From: a virus
Taxonomy: Duplodnaviria > Caudoviricetes
IMG/VR virus record: IMGVR_UViG_3300035102_000132
Span: 1 to 37,406 of that record
DNA length: 37,406 nucleotides
Strand: one strand, 5' to 3'
The position numbers and the translations under genes are program-made. Shown here one piece after another: positions 8,401 through 15,924 of the stretch (positions within the stretch are counted from its first letter, which is position 1; each line of letters begins with the position of its first letter). The notes under the pieces are model-generated. The model did not search any database, was not told the origin of the DNA, and saw only the letters and a list, made by a program, of their open reading frames with translations.

Positions 8401-11400
8401 CGAAAACGGGGCACTTGCCTTTTGGTAATCCCGGAGTCCATCTTTTTGGGCGTAGGACTCTTTCTTTATTTCAATATCAGACAGCGTATGAGTGTGGTAG
8501 TTGTTCTTTTCCCCGTATTGCTTTACTACGAGTTTTACTCGATAATTCTCGCCATCAAACTTAACATTCGTTGAAAGATAATGGATCTTATCAGCAAAAT
8601 TCTTTTTGATTCCTTTGTTTTTGTCATCAACTGAATTTTCGTAAACAGCTTGCTCTACCAACTTATCTAAAATTGGCAGAGAGTGTTTGTGAGTTTCAAT
8701 TTTCTCTTTTCTGTTTTTTCTATAAGCAAGCTGTATAACGGTTTCTTTAAGGCCTTTTCCAACAAATTCAATTTCCGCATTCAGGCTTTCATTGAATACG
8801 CTTTTTCCCTGAAATTTCTCTTTTAACCAATCTCTAATGGCAGATATAGAATCTGTTTTCAATCCATCGGGTAGTTCTACAGGTAATTCAATTATTTCCT
8901 GAGTAGACTTTCGGATCGGCACCTCACTGATAGAACCACGTCTTGGGTTTTTCATGGGTTTGACTTTCTGGCCAGAATGAGTATTATTTTTAGTAGAAGA
9001 GTCTGATGTAAGCACAGGGCTATCTAATCCACTTTTTGTGGTGAAGACGTTCGCAAGGTTTTCTGGGGCAACCCTTTTAACCGTCGCTGTCAGACTCTTT
9101 TCTTTATCTCGGGTGTATTGTTTGTCGCTCAATAGATGAACAGAGCGAACATGGTAACCATCAGGTTTCTTAACTATATCTATTTTTACTTTCGGATTCT
9201 TAAAATAGCGCTTCCCTTCAACCTTTTTAATCAGTCCTTTTAATTGGCCTTTTTCCTCAGTAGCAAAGTCTGGACTTTTCAAGACTTCTTCAACAACGCT
9301 TTTAGCTTCTTCTTGGCTCTTGAAATATTCCGGGTGTCGTTTAAGCAAAAAGTCATAATCTGCAACAACCCTGTTTTTGGGTATTCCAAGCAATTCAAAA
9401 GCCCTGTCACTTGCGGGAACGTTACTGTCCCTCAATGGCTTTTTACCTGAAGGAAGCTGGATAGCACCACGCCTTGGGTTTTTCATGGGCTTGACTTTCT
9501 GGCCAGAAAGAGTATCATTTTTAGTAGATGATGCTCCGGCAGTGGTATCGCCGAAAGGTGTGCCACCCTTATGCTGGAGCATCTTTATTTCTGTCAACTC
9601 AAGTGAATATACTCGGTGCCCGTGCTCTATGCTTTCCTTCGCGGTCATATATGCCGCCGCTTGAGCATCGCCAAAAAGAACCGGCGCGGCAAATCTCTTA
9701 ACAGAAGAGATGTTTGCGTCTCCGGCTTTATCTGGTCCGTTTTCGAGTAACACTGCATGTTTCCACAGTCGGTCTATGCTTGCTGCCGCCGCGTTGTGTT
9801 GTTTGGCGTCAAAGCCATTCTTTTGGGATTTTTCAAGCGCGGTAAGACTAATCAGCTTGTTACGCTGCGTGCTGTTAATTTTGGCTTCGACACCGGTGTC
9901 GAAATTTATCAGCCGTTTTCCAGAAAGTCCTATCAACTTCTGCTTCGCTTCATCTAGCGTGATCTCAGCATTGATTGTTACATCAGAAACAACAGTGGGA
10001 TCGTTGAATTTTTTAACAAGCTTATCTATCTTCTCAGCCATATCAGACTGACCAGTAGTATCACTTGCAGGAACGTTACTGTCCCTCAATGGCTTTTTAC
10101 CTGAAGGAAGCTGGATAGCACCACGCTTACCAAGCTTTTTATTTGCTACCTGAAGGTCTTTCCATAAGCTTCTAAGATGCTTCTTCACAGGCTGGCCGAA
10201 CTGGTTGAACATTTGCCGCGCCCATTGAGCAAAGTTTTTCACGCCTGATCGAATCAATTCAAACCCGCGTTTAACAATGCTTCCCGCTTTTTTCAAACCT
10301 TTGGCGGTGTATCTGGCAACCAGGTATTCAACTGAGTAGAGCGGTTTTTCTGTTCTGGCCGGTTTTTCAATAGTAACCAACTGAGAGTTCACACCGGTTT
10401 GCCTGAAAGCATCTTTACCGGTAAAAGCCTGTCCTAATTCTTCTGATTCGCCTTCAACCTTATCTAACCAGTCGCGGAAATTCTGAGATTCTTTATCGTT
10501 GGCAAAAGTCCAGTGATTACCAGTTATCGCAACAAGTTTACCGCCGGGCTTCAACAGGTCATAAGCTTTTTTAACATGCTTCACGTCTCTGTTTTTACTG
10601 AACGGCGGGTTCATAATGATACGGTCATAGCTTTTGTCGGCTTCGGCTTCAAAACCTTCAAAATCTCGATCAATTATAGTGTGGCCTTTGGCTTTCAAAA
10701 TGTTTCTTAAATCGCCCACAGGCTCTATAACCTCAATATTTGCTTCGGGGTGTGAATTTCGCACAGCATCCGCCAAGTCACCTTTACCCGCCGATGGTTC
10801 CAAAACATTCATGCCCGGCTTTATTTCAAGCTCTTTAACCATTTTTTCTGCAAGTTTCGGCGGAGTAGGGAAAAAGTCCATCCCGTCATATTTCTTGCCT
10901 ACAATAGCCCTTTCAGCTTCTTTTATCGGGTCTGCCTTGCGCTTACCCTCAGAGAGGTTTTTGTATTCAATTAAAGCGTCCGCAAGGTCAGAGTCAGAAT
11001 TTATCCCGGCCTTTTTCAGCTTTTGAAAGTGTTTAATGCTGTCGAGTATTCTTTCTAACTGGTAAGGAACTTTTATTTTCTTTTTGCCAAGGTTGGCTTT
11101 GATTTTTAAAATTCGGTCTATTTGCTCATCGCTCAAGTAAAGATTGCGCTCCCTGTTTTCGTTGCCTATCTTTTCAAGAAATTTTGCAGCGATTTTCATT
11201 CCAGGCAAATCTTTAAGATCATCTGCCGCCATTCTGAACCATTCGCCATAAGGTTTCGGTCTTTCAAAAACAACGTTTTCTCTGATAATATTCTCGGTTG
11301 CCTCAAAGTCTTTTCCGTAAGGCAGGTCGTTTTTTCTTCTGTGGTTGTTTTTTGTGTCTCTCAGCTCATCAATAAAAACCTCAAGGTCTGGTCTTGATTT

Positions 11401-14400
11401 AACATTGCTTAAATACTTAACCTCGCCCTTTTCCATAGCATCGGCTATATTAAGCATGGTTTTTGCAAAGGCTTCCTTTGCTGCTGCATCTGCTTCGGCT
11501 CCTGCCGCCATTCTTGCACGTCTGGCAGTATTGGTTTGCCTGTCCTGGTTCATTTTCTCCTGAGCTTTTTTCAAGAGAGAATTGCCAGATTTTCTAAGCT
11601 TCGCGGCATTCTGCAGAAGTGCCGCATTCTCCGATGTGATTTTAAGTCCAGGCCTTTTGCCTTTCTTGACTTCAACCTGATCTGTGGTTATATTTTTAGT
11701 AGAAGCCTGTGGCGAGAGAGCTGTGTCACCTCGTCGGCCCTTTTGGGTTCTGGAAGTGTTCGTCGTCTTTCCAGACGGGCTTTTGTCTTTTGCAAAGGCT
11801 GTTAATAACCACTTTTTACTTCTCCCGTCCCAAGCAAGACGGACGCTTGCAAAATGATCGTCAGATTCAAGTTTAATCCTGTTTTCGCTTTTTGAAGAAA
11901 TCTTCATATTAAAAAGAATGTTATGAAGATTGTTCAAAACTTCCGGGTGAAACTTGGCTATCTTCGCCAAACCATAACCATTGCTTTTGCCTGTCCCGGG
12001 TTTTCCGTAAACAAGATCAATTTCGCCAACGTCTTTATGATATAGTGCGCCTGGAACTTCCCCAGTCTTTGCCTCAAGAAGTGCCTTAACTGCTTCTTTT
12101 GGCTTGCCGCGATATTCTTCAAAGACAGGGCCAAAGTCACCAGATTTTTGGTATAAGCCCTCAACCTTTTCCGTTTTGGAAACAGTTGAATTCAGCTCAT
12201 TGGCTTTATCTTCAGCGGCTTCTTTTTTGCTGTGCCATGAATACTGTTTACCTTTTGGATCAAGGACACGGTAGCCGCCCTGGAATGGCGCGACTATATA
12301 TTCTGCAAACTCAGGAAATTTTTCATTATATTGCTTGCCAGCTATGGCGTTAGCTTCATCTAAGCCGATTGAGTCTAGAGCTTGTTTTTTTGTAATAAAC
12401 CTTCCGCTATCAGTAATAAAGCCCGACACAAAGTTTTTTTCAAGCTCTGTATAGTTTTCAACAACGCCAGCGTCTAACATTTTATTAAAAGCGTCTGCGT
12501 GAACTTCACCAACATAAACCTTATCGCCTTTTCCACGAAAAGCAGATGCTACAACCGGATCTTTTTTATAGTCATACGTAGGTTCGGGTTGCTTATTAGT
12601 TTGTTTATTTCCAGACTCAGATTTTACGTTAGGCTTTTCAACTTGTAAGGATTCTTCACCAGTTGGGCTTAAGTTTGGTTTCTGCTCTATTGCCCTGCTT
12701 TCTTTAATCAACTTAGCTCTCTTGTTCCACAAAGCATCTTGCCTCTTAGTAAGTTTGGCAATTTGTTTATCAATTTTACTTGTAGCTTCTGCGTTGCTGG
12801 TTCTTACGGACTTTTCAATAAGCCTTTCTCTCTGGGCCTCAATGCTTTTAATTCTTTCAGACAATTGCTCAATCGTATTAAGCTGACTGTCTTTTCTGAG
12901 GTTTTCGTTAGCATCCTGTGTTAATCTTTTTTCGATTCGTGAAGCATCGCCTTCTTTACCAGTCAGGCGTGTAACTCCCTGTTTTTTTACTGATCGTCTT
13001 TCAACTATTTCAATATCCCCTGAAGGCTTGGGAAGCTCTGACTGTATTCTGGTTGGCCGCTGTTCTGCTGCCTTTTTCATAAGCACAAAACCGCCCCTTA
13101 CAGGCGTTACTTCGTGGGACTCTTTAAGCTTGTTCTTTGTCTGGTAAGCCTTGACCGCTTTTTGGGTTTTAAAAGGCTTTCCGCTTTTTAAGGTAATAAA
13201 ATCCTTGTTGTTCCGACTGTCCTTAACAATACTTCCATCAGGTAAAACTGCTTTTCCATCAAAGCCCAACAAAGGAGCCTTAAGAGCAGCCTCTTTGGCT
13301 GGATCATATTCAAATATCTTATGCTTTTGTGGTTCTCCTTCCGCACGTTCCAGCTCTCTAAGTTGCTGGCCTACTTCGCCTTCCGGGAACACAATATTCT
13401 CAGGAGGAGTTAAGCCCCTGCGCTTTAATTCATTGGCAACAATCTGTTTTTGAGGATTAGTTTCTTCCAGATTCCTTGTCTGAACCATAAGGTTAAACAA
13501 CTGTATCGGCGTAGCTTTCTGAATATCTTTCTCAAGTTGATAGAGATGATAATCATCCATGCTGCCTTCAGTTGTCGGATCAAATAAAACCTCTTGTGGC
13601 GTTGAAGTTCTTTCAGCCTCCACCTGGAATGTATCAGCGGTTGCATCCGTGATAGGCTCTGAACCATAAGGTTCTTGTCTCCCTGCCTCTAATTGCTCTC
13701 TCAATATTTCAGCGCGTGATTTAACAACCGCTAACGCCTGCTTTTCTGGAACACTGGCTTTTGAATCGTTAATTTCAACTGCAAGATCGCTAATCTCGCT
13801 ATCAACGTCAGCTTTTAAAGCTTGAGAGGTCATTCTTCTGGCAGCAACATTACCACCACCAAGGACGCCACCAACCAAACCACCGGCCAAAGCCTGAGTT
13901 TCAAGGTCTTTGTAAACCTCTGGCTTTCCTAAATCTGTAATAGTTGCTTTAATTGCCTCCAATGGCGGTTTCTTTGCAAAATGAGGCGTGGCAATCTCTT
14001 CAATACCTTGTAAAACTTCTTCTGTTGATTCACCAAGAATATTTTCACCAATAAACCTTGCAACTGCGCCAGCGGTTCCCTTTTTCCCTGCTTTCTTGCT
14101 GAGTTCAAAAACAGGCTTTTGAAGAACTTTTGCAATCTTGCCCGCATTGCTCCTAAGTGCGTTCATAACACCCTTTGAGGCTCCTTTACCCCCGCCAAAA
14201 GCACGCATTGTTTTAAGAGGAGTTACACCAAGAGAGTTTTCAATCAACCCGTATGGAATAGCCGCTGCAAGCTCAAAATAAGGATTGCCTTCTCTTATTC
14301 CATTAGGGCCGGCTTCAACATTTGCCTGTCTGATTGCCGGAATACCATAAACACCAGTAGTCGATAGAAAAGAAGCTGCAGCATCAGTTAAGGGAGCCAA

Positions 14401-14946
14401 GCCTGCAGCAGAAGGAATCCCTACTGCATTCCTGGCATTGTTTAAAATAGCTCCAAGTTTTGTGCTGCCAGCCATAACAGAGCCTAAGCCTACCGATGTA
14501 GCAAGCATAGGAACATTTTGAAATAAAGCCTGGGAACCAAAGTCCACTAAATTATCAGGATCAGCAGAAGGCGAAATTTTTGCAGATTGATTGCCTATGT
14601 GCTGTGCAGCTTTATCAAGGCTTTTTGCAGCGTCCGGAAAGCCTGCAATATCTGAACCCCAAGCGCCAAGACTTACTCCTGCCTTACCAGTATTAAGGAT
14701 TCCAGAAAAAGTATCTGCAATAGCATTTTTAACTATGCCACGTTTATTGCGTATTTCCTGAGCAGTTGCAGGAGTAGCAGCTTTTTCGGCGTTTGATATA
14801 GCTTCATAAGTCTTTTTCGCCTCTTTTTCAATAACGCCTTTTTCTTCAGGAGTAAGGCTTTTAAAAACATCGCTCTTCTTAAACTTTACAAATTCTTTGT
14901 AAAAATCATGTCTTAAAGATGAAAATTCCTGATTTAAAGCTGCCAT
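5395..14946 (-). CDS. Giant polyvalent protein (3183 aa), probably virion-ejected: PBECR-like RNase, N6-adenine MTase, two LPD3-like domains, a further BECR-like domain, C-terminal LPD38-like region
   Basis: GEIDLVYG...GYGLAKIAKFHPE...WLLTAF (PBECR1-like, ~11785-12142); FFPTP...VLEPSAGKG...IIMNPPF (MTase, ~10360-10880); LPD3-like domains at ~9590-9990 and ~8465-8880; HPEYF-containing domain at ~9100-9400; RNLTVDFNKKG..YLFSNAGIQG..PMPYGYN (LPD38-like). Sits where podoviruses encode their largest ejection protein. Confidence 0.88.
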   Translation of the reverse strand: MAALNQEFSSLRHDFYKEFVKFKKSDVFKSLTPEEKGVIEKEAKKTYEAISNAEKAATPATAQEIRNKRGIVKNAIADTFSGILNTGKAGVSLGAWGSDIAGFPDAAKSLDKAAQHIGNQSAKISPSADPDNLVDFGSQALFQNVPMLATSVGLGSVMAGSTKLGAILNNARNAVGIPSAAGLAPLTDAAASFLSTTGVYGIPAIRQANVEAGPNGIREGNPYFELAAAIPYGLIENSLGVTPLKTMRAFGGGKGASKGVMNALRSNAGKIAKVLQKPVFELSKKAGKKGTAGAVARFIGENILGESTEEVLQGIEEIATPHFAKKPPLEAIKATITDLGKPEVYKDLETQALAGGLVGGVLGGGNVAARRMTSQALKADVDSEISDLAVEINDSKASVPEKQALAVVKSRAEILREQLEAGRQEPYGSEPITDATADTFQVEAERTSTPQEVLFDPTTEGSMDDYHLYQLEKDIQKATPIQLFNLMVQTRNLEETNPQKQIVANELKRRGLTPPENIVFPEGEVGQQLRELERAEGEPQKHKIFEYDPAKEAALKAPLLGFDGKAVLPDGSIVKDSRNNKDFITLKSGKPFKTQKAVKAYQTKNKLKESHEVTPVRGGFVLMKKAAEQRPTRIQSELPKPSGDIEIVERRSVKKQGVTRLTGKEGDASRIEKRLTQDANENLRKDSQLNTIEQLSERIKSIEAQRERLIEKSVRTSNAEATSKIDKQIAKLTKRQDALWNKRAKLIKESRAIEQKPNLSPTGEESLQVEKPNVKSESGNKQTNKQPEPTYDYKKDPVVASAFRGKGDKVYVGEVHADAFNKMLDAGVVENYTELEKNFVSGFITDSGRFITKKQALDSIGLDEANAIAGKQYNEKFPEFAEYIVAPFQGGYRVLDPKGKQYSWHSKKEAAEDKANELNSTVSKTEKVEGLYQKSGDFGPVFEEYRGKPKEAVKALLEAKTGEVPGALYHKDVGEIDLVYGKPGTGKSNGYGLAKIAKFHPEVLNNLHNILFNMKISSKSENRIKLESDDHFASVRLAWDGRSKKWLLTAFAKDKSPSGKTTNTSRTQKGRRGDTALSPQASTKNITTDQVEVKKGKRPGLKITSENAALLQNAAKLRKSGNSLLKKAQEKMNQDRQTNTARRARMAAGAEADAAAKEAFAKTMLNIADAMEKGEVKYLSNVKSRPDLEVFIDELRDTKNNHRRKNDLPYGKDFEATENIIRENVVFERPKPYGEWFRMAADDLKDLPGMKIAAKFLEKIGNENRERNLYLSDEQIDRILKIKANLGKKKIKVPYQLERILDSIKHFQKLKKAGINSDSDLADALIEYKNLSEGKRKADPIKEAERAIVGKKYDGMDFFPTPPKLAEKMVKELEIKPGMNVLEPSAGKGDLADAVRNSHPEANIEVIEPVGDLRNILKAKGHTIIDRDFEGFEAEADKSYDRIIMNPPFSKNRDVKHVKKAYDLLKPGGKLVAITGNHWTFANDKESQNFRDWLDKVEGESEELGQAFTGKDAFRQTGVNSQLVTIEKPARTEKPLYSVEYLVARYTAKGLKKAGSIVKRGFELIRSGVKNFAQWARQMFNQFGQPVKKHLRSLWKDLQVANKKLGKRGAIQLPSGKKPLRDSNVPASDTTGQSDMAEKIDKLVKKFNDPTVVSDVTINAEITLDEAKQKLIGLSGKRLINFDTGVEAKINSTQRNKLISLTALEKSQKNGFDAKQHNAAAASIDRLWKHAVLLENGPDKAGDANISSVKRFAAPVLFGDAQAAAYMTAKESIEHGHRVYSLELTEIKMLQHKGGTPFGDTTAGASSTKNDTLSGQKVKPMKNPRRGAIQLPSGKKPLRDSNVPASDRAFELLGIPKNRVVADYDFLLKRHPEYFKSQEEAKSVVEEVLKSPDFATEEKGQLKGLIKKVEGKRYFKNPKVKIDIVKKPDGYHVRSVHLLSDKQYTRDKEKSLTATVKRVAPENLANVFTTKSGLDSPVLTSDSSTKNNTHSGQKVKPMKNPRRGSISEVPIRKSTQEIIELPVELPDGLKTDSISAIRDWLKEKFQGKSVFNESLNAEIEFVGKGLKETVIQLAYRKNRKEKIETHKHSLPILDKLVEQAVYENSVDDKNKGIKKNFADKIHYLSTNVKFDGENYRVKLVVKQYGEKNNYHTHTLSDIEIKKESYAQKDGLRDYQKASAPFSDSSTKNDTLSGQKVKPLESSEKEAIAKFSRLIQSKNLQWKKINHKRAELELLIPGGSVETVATITKNPKGHWEWAGTNRHFLTIGTARKTIKSTIFESLKRSQQQASIRQRKQQQREKIKQLREERQKQRQFKKQQKADRFLSEQGRKEKSQQAIKEKKEPKDLNAKMESYKDKLIKFWADSKRPLQKLQREIEAMANKKLPDWQNAYERFANVKGRIENRQKAFEKKYLEPLKDYMAENGITYNDFNDFVYAMHAPERNAYIQSINPEFRLKGIAGSGMSDQEAEATLKALSKKHGFEKLMKAGRMYWNMHSKLLDMQVKYDLLDKDLKEIIDNKYKYYTPLKSIPDGGNRLDRRALGRVSKAEHHLAYSEQAIGVTFGRGEYNRVYQAFARMALLNPLPEVYELDIGRVKQFFNENTGEVDYRIDQFTDRENVVHAKFGGQDTGIFINDPDLKSAFKHKKPDEEFGTLLKWAFSLRNYMGLIHTQFSPEFLFRNLPRDVQTAFVNASGSDSLKMAAKITKSVPGAIKTGFQYVRGVKNDNTRLYKEYLEEGGKTGYSEMFQLEDRAAKLEKEISERINNTAWFKTKTATKQIGNLISSANDIFESASRFAGYKVAREAGLSKQKAAYFARNLTVDFNKKGDAGKWLNLAYLFSNAGIQGNYVVIKSLKRLGQTNKGKAAIASMMTFGFMMDMLNKALSDYDDDDEKSYYNKIDDYIKDTHFILMRPGTKGKYFSFPMPYGYNVLPTVGRIGSEMMSGNKTIGQGAGSIANAFVNAFNPIGGDNRGLFASLVPTIAKSYYSLDTNSEWTGRKIKPGKNPFGVDEPESHRYWETTNKTLVDLFSWLNRFTGGNKYESGEIDISPADVQYLLEYYAGGPGKFLRRSLETAEKIYKGQPLETSEMPITRVFSGKTRDYGVYDEFRENVDIMQRVQAAKRNNDLSRLKDWKSKHKIYKRVKHARKEIGKIEKSKLKEDKKKEKILILQKKLNASVRKLKENYYQ
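8357..8384 (+). promoter_or_regulatory. Antisense sigma70-like promoter A: TTGACT-N16-TATCAT
   Basis: Seen in the sequence; one of four homologous copies. Confidence 0.65.
8392..8471 (+). ncRNA. Putative antisense structured sRNA A
   Basis: GAAGAGTCC (8393-8401) pairs with GGACTCTTT (8455-8463); inner hairpins TTGCC-TTTT-GGTAA and GTCCA/TGGGC; U-rich tail. Confidence 0.6.
8929..9003. repeat. Linker repeat family B (SSTKNDTLSGQKVKP[MKNPRRG]); copies at ~8353-8400, 8929-9003 and 9460-9531
   Basis: Near-identical DNA at three domain boundaries. Confidence 0.92.
8960..8987 (+). promoter_or_regulatory. Antisense sigma70-like promoter B: TTGACT-N16-TATTAT
   Basis: Seen in the sequence. Confidence 0.65.
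8995..9107 (+). ncRNA. Putative antisense structured sRNA B
   Basis: AGAAGAGTCTGA (8995-9006) pairs with TCAGACTCTTTT (9090-9101); inner CCAC-TTTTT-GTGG, GACG/CGTC and AAGGTT/AACCCTT helices; U-rich tail. Confidence 0.6.
9407..9472. repeat. Linker repeat A (RGAIQLPSGKKPLRDSNVPASD), copy 1
   Basis: 66 bp with one mismatch against 10061-10126. Confidence 0.95.
9491..9518 (+). promoter_or_regulatory. Antisense sigma70-like promoter C: TTGACT-N16-TATCAT, containing the perfect palindrome CTTTCTGGCCAGAAAG (9495-9510)
   Basis: Seen in the sequence. Confidence 0.65.
9526..9590 (+). ncRNA. Putative antisense structured sRNA C with a GAAA tetraloop
   Basis: GATGCTCCGGCA (9530-9541) pairs with TGCTGGAGCATC (9572-9583); inner GTGGTA-T-CGCC-GAAA-GGTG-TGCCAC hairpin; TTTATTT tail. 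Confidence 0.65.
10061..10126. repeat. Linker repeat A, copy 2
   Basis: 66 bp with one mismatch against 9407-9472. Confidence 0.95.
11666..11694 (+). promoter_or_regulatory. Antisense sigma70-like promoter D: TTGACT-N17-TATATT
   Basis: Same -35 and downstream TTTTTAGTAGA motif as A-C, but a different spacer. Confidence 0.7.
11701..11791 (+). ncRNA. Putative antisense sRNA D, a perfect four-way-junction cloverleaf
   Basis: Closing stem 11701-11710/11775-11784; arms 11711-11735, 11736-11749 and 11750-11774 abut with no unpaired junction bases; six G-U pairs that work only on the + strand. Confidence 0.7.
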
Positions 14947-14961
14947 TATTTTTTATTCCCC

Positions 14962-15924
14962 CTATTTTGCTCTGGTGCGCTTAACTACATTTCTTTCTGG
15001 TGGCTTCAGTAAACCTCTAACCTTCTTGCTAAAATCAAGAAATTTGCTCACAACTTCAGAATTGCCTACCTGGTTGCCCTGGTTCATTCCAAGCTTTTCT
15101 TTTCCTATTTCTTGCATTTGAGCAACAGACTTTTGGTAAATATCCAATGCTTCTTGATAGCGATATTTGTCAGCTGGCTCTATCTTTGAAAGGTCAAAGG
15201 TTCCTGTTTCGTTTTCGTATTTATCCCTGATTTGAGATATAACTTTGATTGTTTCGTCTCTAATCTGTTTGAGTTCTCTGAAGCTGGCTTCACTTGTTCC
15301 TTTTCCTGGGCCTTCTTGCTCCTGGAATACATTCCCAGCAATAGGAGGAAAAGCACCTGCGGTCATTTGGGCCGCACCTGAAACCAGAGGCAAAATTGCT
15401 CGTTGCCCCTCATTCAAAGTCTTTTCAATAAAAGAATTGTCAGGTTTAAATCCATAATCTTCATTACCTGGCTTTACTGCTTCACTTTTGTTCTTCCAGT
15501 AGTTTGAACGGTGTTTAAGTATCTCTTTTTTCAAAGCTTCTGAATTATTGGAATCTCCAAGAAGCTGGGCTTCCAAGTCTGCTTTAGTAAGGCCACCGGG
15601 GATATTGCTTAGAAAAGAATTTAAAGCTTGAGAACTACCTTCTGATAAAGCACCTCGCGCCAATTCTTCTTCTTGTCCTTCTTTTAAAAGCCTGGTTTTC
15701 TTGTTTTCATATTCCTTATCTTTTCGCTTTAGCTTTCTTTTATAATCTTCCTGGTCATATTTTAAAGCCCTTGCGCGGCGTTCTTTCTCTTCCTGGAGAG
15801 CGCGAGAACGCTCAAGGTTGTATAACCTTTGCTCCTCTTTTTTTGCAGTATTCTTTCGCAAGGCATTGCTGGCCCCAGAAACTAATGCTTCAAGAAAATT
15901 TCTTGTAACTCGGCTTGCCATCAA
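14962..15924 (-). CDS. Hypothetical helical protein, probable internal/ejection protein
   Basis: Charged coiled-coil content; lies between the nozzle and the giant protein; ATGA coupling with the upstream gene. Confidence 0.65.
   Translation of the reverse strand: MMASRVTRNFLEALVSGASNALRKNTAKKEEQRLYNLERSRALQEEKERRARALKYDQEDYKRKLKRKDKEYENKKTRLLKEGQEEELARGALSEGSSQALNSFLSNIPGGLTKADLEAQLLGDSNNSEALKKEILKHRSNYWKNKSEAVKPGNEDYGFKPDNSFIEKTLNEGQRAILPLVSGAAQMTAGAFPPIAGNVFQEQEGPGKGTSEASFRELKQIRDETIKVISQIRDKYENETGTFDLSKIEPADKYRYQEALDIYQKSVAQMQEIGKEKLGMNQGNQVGNSEVVSKFLDFSKKVRGLLKPPERNVVKRTRAK

Noticed and set aside
8353-10126. Repeats read as a CRISPR array or DGR TR/VR pair
   Set aside because: Spacing is 500-650 bp and in frame, there is no cas or reverse transcriptase gene in the window, and mismatches are few and not clearly adenine-specific.
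8365-11805. + strand ORFs inside the giant gene as antisense immunity proteins
   Set aside because: They lack RBSs and mostly do not start just after the antisense promoters. Their Phe/Ser/Leu-rich composition is what the reverse of Lys/Glu-rich coding gives. The predicted transcripts end in stem + U tract within ~110 nt.
5395-14946. Giant ORF as a tape measure protein or virion RNA polymerase
   Set aside because: No tail tube or chaperone genes, no tape-measure periodicity and no RNAP catalytic motifs seen; the domains fit a polyvalent protein.
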